DNA from: a virus
Lineage: Duplodnaviria > Caudoviricetes
IMG/VR virus record: IMGVR_UViG_3300009593_000022
Coordinates: 1 to 55,113 of that record
Direction: 5' to 3' (one strand)
Length of the DNA: 55,113 nt
Below the pieces are notes generated by a model that saw only the letters and a program-made list of their open reading frames with translations, was not told where the DNA came from and made no database searches. A program made the position numbers and the translations under genes. The first letter of the stretch is position 1; each line of letters opens with the position of its first letter. Of the stretch, positions 35,401-42,892 are shown piece by piece.

Positions 35401-35767
35401 AGGTGCGACTCTGACAGTAACAGGTGCAACAGTTCTTTCATCTACTCTAACAGGAGTAGGACACGCAAACTTCCAGTCTACAGTTGATATTGACAACAAC
35501 TTGAATGTCGATGGAACAGCTCAGATAGACGGCGATACTGTAATTGATGGCACACTAAATGTAAAGGACAACGGAGACTTTGACGCTGACTTGAATGTTG
35601 ACGGAGATATCTCAGTTACAGCAAACGCAAACTTTGACGGACATATTCATATCGAAGCTGGTGCAACTGCGGCTCAATATAGAATTCTAAGGTCTAAAGA
35701 CGCTGATGGACATGCGGAATGGGTAGATTTCGGAGTATTTGATCAAAGTAATAATAGAGTTTTCTAA
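32489..35767 (+). CDS. Tail fibre protein 2 (1092 aa)
   Basis: AAGGA RBS, N-terminal LTHTFDDWRVLTN anchor, LSVEDKKI motif, five PxGTxxxRP...GxxR(F/Y/W)(N/D) modules and a C-terminal 12-aa beta repeat. Confidence 0.85.
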   Translation: MAGDSPLQPITYIELTHTFDDWRVLTNQVLARVNNAASANSSGNDYSELSGSIVIRDTTGSFASNTINAELFNGNNANIVYGNSYQWTSNIHIVTGGWYVNADPVTDPAQLKGGTIRTTDAILIPRGTTGERPQYPESGMMRWDDTTGQLTYYSELVNQWLGLGGGQIGDRDLDTKVMAELGPGTDEDTIYMFVGNTGDVEPVYMLNALQANLVVNAVFKSNVMFEQDATFAGNLTFLGSMTSIDTTSLSVEDKKINVGLVNGLRHKAVVSQRGPNIDIATTIPHGLNTGDRIFVTNLNDIVGMAEGLYLVQTAVNAQYMELTNLDGTGIGASVGNYQPEVSFSGPHTDSAVNNSGITIPGNTEHYMVWENQDQYWHVSDGMKFDNSSALIVPKGTNLERPDGTPMGHETGIIRFNTQTNTYEGVVEREPGTDSTLVWTDLRGIVDTDSASDTFINVYGNATNPYALVSDTTHTTDDIVFVSQGTTRLHIDRTSYAAFTSNSGLVIPRGTNAEKPGFPSTYPAYASSNGAITGMIRYNEDVNTFEGLAYDPDGTDNLEWISISHMADSKSGNDTFVSVYGHASNSTSVTPGPDLHGGTHTYDDMVFTTAGTERFYVDNSGWIEFSAANNSVRLPRGTNAQRPADFDNGHRPGAIRFNTDKNVMELLLNDNASWASIGGGVSDSGDTGSEEDTFMNLYGNITDPNGVTSSTTGGTDPHDGTGGAGHTKNDIVFVTNGVERLFVDNTGYIEATSNSTFRVPQGTVAQRPATTATGHNPGALRFNTDYNILEIVLNDGEWQAVGSLTQIDRDTWINVYGNAANGTAITSDANHDDNEMVVTTASAHALTIDKNQNVGIGPDSDNLNTSPDARLRVDGTANVTANVTMNDYLTGDNDSSQLTWAGHINVSNTAQFGNTMGVTGAVNMANTLTVVGATEVQNTFDVTGASTFANTMDVTGASLFSNTMGITGATSVGATLTVTGATVLSSTLTGVGHANFQSTVDIDNNLNVDGTAQIDGDTVIDGTLNVKDNGDFDADLNVDGDISVTANANFDGHIHIEAGATAAQYRILRSKDADGHAEWVDFGVFDQSNNRVF
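35200..35650 (+). repeat. 12-aa (36-nt) period beta-helix-type repeat in tail fibre 2
   Basis: VTGAVNMANTLT/VVGATEVQNTFD/VTGASTFANTMD/VTGASLFSNTMG/ITGATSVGATLT. Exact DNA repeat GATGTAACAGGAGCTTC at 35306 and 35342. Confidence 0.8.
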
Positions 35768-36735
35768 TGGCAATACAAAGACCTTTGACTTTTCAGAGCG
35801 ACGCAGACTCCTCTGGCAAGCAAGGTATGAGGGAGATGACAGACTCAGAGATGGGTCTTCTCCGTTATAACCTAGCAGTCGCATACGGCGACTCATTGAA
35901 TAGTGGAATTGGTTCAGTAGGTGCGATAGCAACAGGGACAGGTAAAGCAGATATATTCAGTCCTATCGGCGACGGAGTTATTGACACGAAAAGAAACTTT
36001 GTAGAAGCTACAAATACTGCTGGTGGTTCTGAGGCGGAAGACTATCCTGCTTACCCTACTGTAACAACAAGTGTCATTTCAACCACACGATGGCAACAGA
36101 ACTTTGACTCTGTAACTTATCCTACCAACGCAACGATGGATGCAGATTCTTATCTGTATTACACCGATAACGCATACGATTTCCGATACTTATCATTAGA
36201 AGCAGACTTTGTTTCTACAATTATTTCTGATACTATCTCTGATATGAGAACAGGTCACGGAGTAGGAACATATTATGTTGCTGCGGCGGAACCATTCTTT
36301 CTTGGTGCAGGAACTTGGACGAACAAAGGAACTGTCATGACTGACACGACTTATGACGCAGGTTCTACTTCATATCAGTTGTATCTAAAAAGAAGTTTGA
36401 CAGACGCCTCGTCTTATTCCAATAGTTCGAAACCTATGTATAGATGGGTGACAAGCGGAGCGAATCAAGGTTTCAACGAAATAGATATAGGGACAAGTGG
36501 GAATTTAATCCAGAACATACTCTTGCCCATTTTGCGACGAAACTGTTCTGGTTCTGGACAACTACAATATCAAGTAAGCGCATCTTCTACTGGCCTAGCC
36601 CGTGGGAGTTGTATTGATAAACGGCAAGAGGGATATACTGAGTCTCGTACTTACAGTCATCCTCTCTATTATTCACGGAGGACTCCTTCAGGACCGACCT
36701 CCTCTATCACACAATATCATCTGAATCTAACATGA
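35767..36735 (+). CDS. Hypothetical virion protein, probably fibre-associated (322 aa)
   Basis: TAATG coupling to fibre 2 and S/T/G/Y-rich composition. No catalytic motif seen. Confidence 0.75.
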   Translation: MAIQRPLTFQSDADSSGKQGMREMTDSEMGLLRYNLAVAYGDSLNSGIGSVGAIATGTGKADIFSPIGDGVIDTKRNFVEATNTAGGSEAEDYPAYPTVTTSVISTTRWQQNFDSVTYPTNATMDADSYLYYTDNAYDFRYLSLEADFVSTIISDTISDMRTGHGVGTYYVAAAEPFFLGAGTWTNKGTVMTDTTYDAGSTSYQLYLKRSLTDASSYSNSSKPMYRWVTSGANQGFNEIDIGTSGNLIQNILLPILRRNCSGSGQLQYQVSASSTGLARGSCIDKRQEGYTESRTYSHPLYYSRRTPSGPTSSITQYHLNLT

Positions 36736-37301
36736 CTACTTTCACAAAATGGCCAAGTCCCAGATGGGTTTTATGGGTTTCTAACAGAGAAGAAGACCGA
36801 CTACTTGATAGAACAAGTTCTATTGAGATTATCAAATGCAATGACTATGAAGAATATGTTCATGAAGTTATGCAATGCGATATGGGTTCACCTTCTTATT
36901 TGGAACTTGTCAACGACCCTAAGTGGGGCAACGGAAACGAAGAAATACTTATTCCAAAGATAGATGCGTCAAGTGAAGAGTGGGCTATCGCTCAAGCAAA
37001 GTCCATGACTGAACTTGAAGAGTTTCGTGTTTGGAAAGAAAACAACGGCGAACTGCCAGACAAGGCAATCGATACAAAGACTGAAAAGGTCGACTCAATC
37101 TCCTTAGAATATTTGGAAGAGAGAGTCGAGAAAGAGGACATATTCAAGATGAAACTTGATATGTTCGAAAAAGATTTTGTTCGAAATGCAAACAGGGAAC
37201 AGAAGTCCGAACTTAGGAAGACGGATGACTTCTTTCAGTTGTCGTCCATTTACTTCCAGATGAAGGCAGCGGCGGCTCACGCTGATAATGCACCATCTTG
37301 A
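36732..37301 (+). CDS. Hypothetical protein (189 aa), possible fibre assembly chaperone
   Basis: ATGA overlap with upstream gene. Charged helical protein ending IFKMKLDMFEKDFVRN...KSELRK. Last gene of the + strand module; the chaperone role is inferred from position only. Confidence 0.7.
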   Translation: MTTFTKWPSPRWVLWVSNREEDRLLDRTSSIEIIKCNDYEEYVHEVMQCDMGSPSYLELVNDPKWGNGNEEILIPKIDASSEEWAIAQAKSMTELEEFRVWKENNGELPDKAIDTKTEKVDSISLEYLEERVEKEDIFKMKLDMFEKDFVRNANREQKSELRKTDDFFQLSSIYFQMKAAAAHADNAPS

Positions 37302-37917
37302 TGTCTGGGTGAAACTCACCCATCCATAGATAGTCATTCTTATATCTTTCTGTCATCTTTGACATATAGGTATCGTCGCGTTCCATCTTCCATTGCGTAT
37401 GCCAATGGTCTGGGACAAACTTCATCTTCAAAGACTGAGATGTCCCTATCCTTCCCCTTACCATATCTTCAACAAAGTTCATTTCTCCGTTGACAGGACC
37501 AATAGTTATTCCTTGGTCGATATAGTAGGTTTGCCAAAATTCCGAATCTTGTCTAAAAGTTTCGTGAATATATTTCGTATCTTCTGGAAAAAATTTATAA
37601 AAACCTCCTGCAAATTTGTAAGTGCGTGCTGTGCCGTTATCTTGCCACCACCAATTTCGTGCAACAAGAAATTCACCTCGTTGAACAGGTTGTGAAAAAA
37701 GACTGGAATAATCGTTAAGGAACTCAATGTCAATGTCAATAAGGACCACAGGGCAGTCTTCTGATACGGAAAATGCTCGTAGCTTATTCCACTGAAGATG
37801 TATGCCAGGGTCCTCTTCACGAATCCATTCGATTGGTCCCAACTTGTTTTCAAGAGTACGTTCATAGTGAATGCCATATTTTTCTCCGATTCTTACAGCG
37901 TATATTTTGTAGTCCAT
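37213..37917 (-). CDS. GT-A fold glycosyltransferase-like protein
   Basis: N-terminal AVRIGEKY, WNKL, VVLIDIDI (DxD), GGFYKF, GEMNFV and C-terminal MVHY. Paralogous to the two GTs upstream in the operon. Confidence 0.75.
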   Translation of the reverse strand: MDYKIYAVRIGEKYGIHYERTLENKLGPIEWIREEDPGIHLQWNKLRAFSVSEDCPVVLIDIDIEFLNDYSSLFSQPVQRGEFLVARNWWWQDNGTARTYKFAGGFYKFFPEDTKYIHETFRQDSEFWQTYYIDQGITIGPVNGEMNFVEDMVRGRIGTSQSLKMKFVPDHWHTQWKMERDDTYMSKMTERYKNDYLWMGEFHPDIKMVHYQREPPLPSSGSKWTTTERSHPSS

Positions 37918-38414
37918 TCTGGTTTCTCTACATCATGATTTAATAAACATATTGGGTATGAGCGTATATTCTCATCCCAAAACCAAGACCAAGCAATTCT
38001 ATCATAGATTCTAAAATCTACTTCCCTATAAATGTATTCATCAATACCTCTTGTGTATTTGCTCCTATCCATTCCCAAGGATATATCTATTCTGTCACCC
38101 TTCCATGCCATGACTGATGAATTAAGTGGAGTATGATAGGGTTGTCTCCACCAAGCATACAACAAAGTAAAGTCATCTCTGACTACATCTATTGCATCTT
38201 TGATAACGACATCTAAATCGAAGTAGACGTAATTTTCGTCTTCTCTCCGACACTCCTGAAACATTTTCAGTTTATCGTAAACTGAGCCTTCTCCTCTTGT
38301 GATAACGTGAGTTCTGTCATATTTGAACTCAACGTTATGTAACTGATATTCAATGTCTGCAACTGCTTTGAGAGGATACTTGTCTCCAGTACAGACCATA
38401 ACTACAGTGGTCAT
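37893..38414 (-). CDS. Small GT-A fold (GT8-like) glycosyltransferase
   Basis: VCTGDKY, YDKLKMF, YFDLDVVI (DxD), LNSSVMAW and GIDEYI motifs. Confidence 0.8.
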   Translation of the reverse strand: MTTVVMVCTGDKYPLKAVADIEYQLHNVEFKYDRTHVITRGEGSVYDKLKMFQECRREDENYVYFDLDVVIKDAIDVVRDDFTLLYAWWRQPYHTPLNSSVMAWKGDRIDISLGMDRSKYTRGIDEYIYREVDFRIYDRIAWSWFWDENIRSYPICLLNHDVEKPEWTTKYTL

Positions 38415-38785
38415 GGCATTCTGAACAACGCGTTTACCCAGAGAGGTGGTTTAGAACGGGCAAAGACACACCAACCAAAGTATTCCTTGTCCTTAAAATT
38501 CGCTTCAACAAAATCGTGGAAACTTCCTCCAGTTGTAAGAACATCATCACAAATGAGATAAGGGTCATCTGCATTTTGTGTTGAATAGTCGTTCAACCAT
38601 CTTTCAAGTTTGTTTCCTCCTCTAGGTATTCCTATCGCGGCTTGAAACGGCCTGTCTTCATATTCTACAATCATTTTAGCTAGAGTCCACCATTCCGAAT
38701 CGCTAATAGCGTCACATTCTATTTTCCAGTTTAGTTGTTTTCCTGAGTGACCAATGAAATCAACACTTTGAAATAAGTCCATCAT
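38411..38785 (-). CDS. Minimal type I phosphoribosyltransferase (orotate-PRT-like)
   Basis: PRPP-binding loop LICDDVLTTGGS, GIPRGG loop and N-terminal FIGHSGKQLNWKIECD hood. Confidence 0.85.
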   Translation of the reverse strand: MMDLFQSVDFIGHSGKQLNWKIECDAISDSEWWTLAKMIVEYEDRPFQAAIGIPRGGNKLERWLNDYSTQNADDPYLICDDVLTTGGSFHDFVEANFKDKEYFGWCVFARSKPPLWVNALFRMP

Positions 38786-39207
38786 ATTCCTTCTATTCCA
38801 AGGTTATTACCATAAATATATGTATGCGTATCATCGTGATACTTGTCGTATAAATTGTACAACTTGTTTTGAGTTACCAGTTGTGCATGGTTGTGTATGG
38901 GGTTACAGTCGCCGTTATGTTCTTTAGCATCACCTCTGAGGATGAATTCTCCGTCATGAACTTGGCCAATAGGGAAGGTCTTTTCACAGTTCCAATGCAC
39001 GACACAACCACGAAGTTCTACCTCATCGAAGATAGCGTCCTTGCAGATAACATCATCTCTGTCTTTATATTTAATATCATAGTTGATATTGTGAACAACG
39101 ATGCCCAGCGAACGAAGCTGGTCAATTAAGTCGAAGTTTTCACACGCGACAAACGTTAGTTCATCGTGCTCAGTCAACCATGAATAAATCCGTTTCGTGG
39201 AGTTCAT
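38782..39207 (-). CDS. Hypothetical protein, degenerate class I methyltransferase-like paralogue of 42873-43643
   Basis: NYDIKY...KDAIFD...VVHWNCEK...HNGDCNPIHNHAQLVTQNKL aligns by eye with CYDKD...GDWFS...VIINTSGEH...GHTHCVSDMMELMRQQEL. Confidence 0.55.
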   Translation of the reverse strand: MNSTKRIYSWLTEHDELTFVACENFDLIDQLRSLGIVVHNINYDIKYKDRDDVICKDAIFDEVELRGCVVHWNCEKTFPIGQVHDGEFILRGDAKEHNGDCNPIHNHAQLVTQNKLYNLYDKYHDDTHTYIYGNNLGIEGI

Positions 39208-39862
39208 AGTGTTTTTTGTTTACAGAAATATTATTGTTGTAAAGATGAGAGGTATTAAATAGGGTCACTTTACCTCTTTGTCCATTTACATTATAATTAG
39301 AGAATAAACCCTCGCCCCAATAACTTAATCTATTATTACGGGCATGTTGGTAAAAAAGATACTTGTCGAGACTCTTATAAGTCCAAGCTATTTTTTCCCA
39401 ATTCTTTTCTGTATACTCACGAAGCCACGTCGCGCAACCTTTATCCCAAAAAACAAATGAACTATTGACATGACACGATGACCCTCTTCCATAGGGTTTC
39501 AAACTCATCGTTTCGAAGTCGTTCCAATAGTTCCAGATAAAGGTTATAGTTTTATGAGGCCGAGATACCAATTTCGTTATGTCTTCATTGATGTGGATAT
39601 CTAAATCCAACCATCCGTTTATCTCTGCTTCATCTTTGTCAATCAGCATCAGTTTTTCATACGTAAAGACCCTATCCGTGTCGTATGGTCTCAACTCTTG
39701 TATGTCACGATGCTCGATATCTTTTGTTAGTCCTTTCGTATCATCTGTCCAAACTCTCAGTATGAAGTCTGTGTTCAGATGTTTTCCTAGTAGTTTATAT
39801 AGACGATTAACATATTCAGCATTATATTTCTCCCCCCACTTCAGGGCATTTATGTGCACCAT
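39170..39862 (-). CDS. GT-A fold glycosyltransferase
   Basis: LKWGEKYNAEYVNRLY...WTDD, YEKLML, WLDLDIHI (DxD), VNSSFVFW and SLDKYL motifs. Confidence 0.82.
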   Translation of the reverse strand: MVHINALKWGEKYNAEYVNRLYKLLGKHLNTDFILRVWTDDTKGLTKDIEHRDIQELRPYDTDRVFTYEKLMLIDKDEAEINGWLDLDIHINEDITKLVSRPHKTITFIWNYWNDFETMSLKPYGRGSSCHVNSSFVFWDKGCATWLREYTEKNWEKIAWTYKSLDKYLFYQHARNNRLSYWGEGLFSNYNVNGQRGKVTLFNTSHLYNNNISVNKKHYELHETDLFMVD

Positions 39863-40959
39863 AGCCGTTCCGTTGATGTGGATTTCCGCTTTGGTATCTT
39901 TGAGTCAGCGCTCGAGACGCAAGTGTCTGTGACACATGGCATGGGTTGTTCAAAGAGGGAAAAACCTGTTTCCAGACTCCCAAGTGGAACATCACTACAA
40001 GAATAAGAACGCTTGACAGAACCATCAGGCTCACGTATGATAATGGACCGATAGCCTGACGAGCATGTCCACCCTTTAAACTTGTTAAAACCGAACGCAT
40101 TAAACCTTTCCGCTTGGTCGAGTCTCCACGTTTTGCCATTTTGATCCTTCATCTCTATTTGATAATGTTGTCCATTCTCTGCTATCCGATGCTGGAATTT
40201 TGATTTAGGTCTACGCACTTTACGTTTCTGTTCTGTAAAATCTTGTTGAGGCATTCCGTTATGAAGAACCTCAAACATTCTGGGGGTGTAACCACTAACA
40301 ACGTGGCTAGCAGTAGGGTCGCTCTGAGGCTTGAGCGTAACATTGATGCCCCTAGAATGAAAGTAGTTAGCGTCTTCCCAGAGTTCGTCAAATCTTTCTG
40401 GGACCATAACTTGGTTAATTGTAACTTGTACATCTTGAGTCTGGAGATAATCCAACTTATCAGCAAACTCCATTCGTTTAGTATTGTCATTTACGTGCTC
40501 CTTATGATAGGAAGCTGTAATAGAGACTCTATGAAAGTCTCTTGTTAGGTTTGTGTATTCCTCCCACCATTTCAACTTACGAGATATATTCGAAGTCAAG
40601 TGAGTGGATGTCCAATTGCATGACATAATATCTTCCCGCAAACTGTCAAGTAAAGGAACAAGGGTAGGAACAACGCTAGGTTCTCCCCCCGAAAAAGAAA
40701 AGTGAAACGAGTTGAATCCCCTCTCTCTTGCTTGTTTTTTAATCTCTTCCAGCGTAAGTAAAACGACATCTTCACTTCTCCAATCTTTCTTTTTGGTTGA
40801 TGCGTAAGGCCAACAATACGAACACGAATAGTTACAGTATCGGCCCAGCAGCCAAGATACGTTGAAGAGGTCTCGATGAAGCATTGTCCATTGCCCCACC
40901 ATCTCGATGTCTTCCCAAGGAATTTTTGTAAAGTCAGTTTGTGAAAATTTTATTGCCAT
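39850..40959 (-). CDS. Radical SAM protein with C-terminal twitch/SPASM-like domain (subfamily C)
   Basis: CNYSCSYC, SGGEP, TSN and SYH motifs; C-terminal FKGWTCSSG...SC...CVTDTC..AD. Confidence 0.92.
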   Translation of the reverse strand: MAIKFSQTDFTKIPWEDIEMVGQWTMLHRDLFNVSWLLGRYCNYSCSYCWPYASTKKKDWRSEDVVLLTLEEIKKQARERGFNSFHFSFSGGEPSVVPTLVPLLDSLREDIMSCNWTSTHLTSNISRKLKWWEEYTNLTRDFHRVSITASYHKEHVNDNTKRMEFADKLDYLQTQDVQVTINQVMVPERFDELWEDANYFHSRGINVTLKPQSDPTASHVVSGYTPRMFEVLHNGMPQQDFTEQKRKVRRPKSKFQHRIAENGQHYQIEMKDQNGKTWRLDQAERFNAFGFNKFKGWTCSSGYRSIIIREPDGSVKRSYSCSDVPLGSLETGFSLFEQPMPCVTDTCVSSADSKIPKRKSTSTERLWCT

Positions 40960-41999
40960 TGTGCGGTAAAAGGGTCATATCCATCATTGCATTTTAATGC
41001 GCAAGTTTCTAGTCTATCTACTCTAGACCAAGAATCTCTCACTTTAGTAAAGAAGTCGCCTTCAACTATCTCTTGAATACTCCGAACCTTCTTTACATTT
41101 ATCTTATCATAGTCACCAATCATGTTATGAACATCGCCTTCTTTTTCCTTACGCCACCATTTGTAAGGTTGTCCAGCCAACCAGCAACAAGGGAATACAT
41201 TCCCCTCTGATGATATATAGATTTCTGACTTATCTTCCGCTTTACATTTTATACTACATTTCTCCAAGTAGTTCTTAAAAGTTCCATGTTTCTCCTCTAA
41301 TTCCTTGAACTTGGGTAACTCTTTGTTCTGATACTTAGGATGAGTGGGCTGTTCAAGATACTGCTTTCTCTCCCCTTTCTTATTTATTGCTTGATGTCCT
41401 GTCTTGGTTTCAAGGGAAGCAGTATTTATGTATCGTCCACTTTTCTTTACGATGAACTCTTTTACTCCTAAAGCTCGTGCCCATCCTCGTGCAATGTCAA
41501 CTTGATGTTCGTTATGTTTGAAGACAAGGAAGGTCCACTTTGCCAGTCCGCCTGCATCACAGAAAGAAACGATATTGTCCTCGACCTTTTCCCATTTGAC
41601 ACCTTGACGATAGAGATGGTTGGTATCCTCTAGTCCATCAACGGAAAAGTTTACCTCACTAAACTGGGCAAGTTCTTCCCACCATTTCTGGTCTCTAGCA
41701 CCTCCGTTTGTTGTGGTCATTATTCTAAGTCGAGGATTCTTGTCCTTCATCCATTCGTAGATATGAAGAAGGTCATCACAGAAGATAGGGTCTCCGTGGT
41801 TACCACAGGAGTAGAAGAAATCTAATCTTTTTATGAATTCAAAATCGATAGAGTTGGTGAACTCTCGAAAGCTCCACGTTGCATTAGACAAATGATGGTT
41901 AACTTTACCTCCATTTTCGTTCCTGTCACACATTGGACAGGATGCATTACAACCTTGAGTTGGTTCGAAGTGAACCTGCTTTATGTTACGATACTCCAT
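40950..41999 (-). CDS. Radical SAM protein with C-terminal twitch domain (subfamily B)
   Basis: CNASCPMC, CGNHGDP, TTNGG and FSVDG motifs; C-terminal C...IYISSEGNVFPCC...CALKC. Confidence 0.92.
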   Translation of the reverse strand: MEYRNIKQVHFEPTQGCNASCPMCDRNENGGKVNHHLSNATWSFREFTNSIDFEFIKRLDFFYSCGNHGDPIFCDDLLHIYEWMKDKNPRLRIMTTTNGGARDQKWWEELAQFSEVNFSVDGLEDTNHLYRQGVKWEKVEDNIVSFCDAGGLAKWTFLVFKHNEHQVDIARGWARALGVKEFIVKKSGRYINTASLETKTGHQAINKKGERKQYLEQPTHPKYQNKELPKFKELEEKHGTFKNYLEKCSIKCKAEDKSEIYISSEGNVFPCCWLAGQPYKWWRKEKEGDVHNMIGDYDKINVKKVRSIQEIVEGDFFTKVRDSWSRVDRLETCALKCNDGYDPFTAQWQ

Positions 42000-42892
42000 A
42001 TGTCTTTTGGGTAGTCCATGATTTCTTTAGTGCCTGGCGTCCACAAAGGAGTAACAGTCAGGTCTATGTCGATGTAATTTCTAAACTGTTTTATAAACTG
42101 TTTAACTTGAGGCACTTTTTCTGGGTGTAACATGCATTTGAGTCGAACTGTCTTTTTGCCTTTACCACTTCCTCTGGCGTCAAGGAATCGTTTAAGTTTT
42201 TGTATGTAAGTATCCCGAACAAATTCAAAGTGAATAGAAATAGCGAGGTGACTATAAACATTGAGATGATTGAGATACTCAGCCGACTTGGTTCCATTAG
42301 TGCTCGTAGAAATTTGTGAATAAGGATTATTCCCTTTCAACCACTTGACAAAGTCAATGTAGTTTTTGTTTAATGTTGGTTCTCCACCACTTATATTTAT
42401 GGTGCGCACATTTCGGGGGTTTACTGTCCTCCAAGCTTGTTTATATTTTTCTATATCTATTGACTCTGTCGAGGAATGGTTTTCAGGTTCACAGTATGAA
42501 CATTCAAAGTTACATTTCTTTTCTGTGTAGAAGTTAACATTGACTTTGTTCTCGTTGTCAATGGCTCGTATCTTCTGTCCCTGTTTGTATGGTTCTATTT
42601 TGGCAGGTGCGTGTTTGATGAGTTTGAGTAGGTCTTCATTTGCTCCTTTTCTCATTTCAATATCATTACCACAGAAACAATTGTCATTCGGACATATTTG
42701 ACTTTTGATGGGAGTGAAGTCATCAATACTTTGTTCTTCAGGACTTCCGCAGACTGTCTGTCTGACTGTCCATTTTTCTACATCTATGACATACTGGGAT
42801 GGTTCACAAATCCAACCCTTAAAATTAGTTACCTGTTTTAGTTGACTGACTGTAGCAGTCTTCATCCCTTGGTCAGTCAGTACCTTCAGCAT
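41981..42892 (-). CDS. Radical SAM protein with N-terminal (swapped) twitch-like domain (subfamily C)
   Basis: CNFECSYC, SGGEPT, STNG and SIH motifs; N-terminal FKGWIC...C...CPNDNCFC..D. ATG 42892 chosen for its GGAGG RBS. Confidence 0.9.
   Translation of the reverse strand: MLKVLTDQGMKTATVSQLKQVTNFKGWICEPSQYVIDVEKWTVRQTVCGSPEEQSIDDFTPIKSQICPNDNCFCGNDIEMRKGANEDLLKLIKHAPAKIEPYKQGQKIRAIDNENKVNVNFYTEKKCNFECSYCEPENHSSTESIDIEKYKQAWRTVNPRNVRTINISGGEPTLNKNYIDFVKWLKGNNPYSQISTSTNGTKSAEYLNHLNVYSHLAISIHFEFVRDTYIQKLKRFLDARGSGKGKKTVRLKCMLHPEKVPQVKQFIKQFRNYIDIDLTVTPLWTPGTKEIMDYPKDIWSIVT

Noticed and set aside
29880-35650. CRISPR array or diversity-generating retroelement repeats
   Set aside because: The repeats are degenerate in-frame protein repeats. 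No identical repeat-spacer units, no reverse transcriptase and no adenine-specific TR/VR pair were seen.
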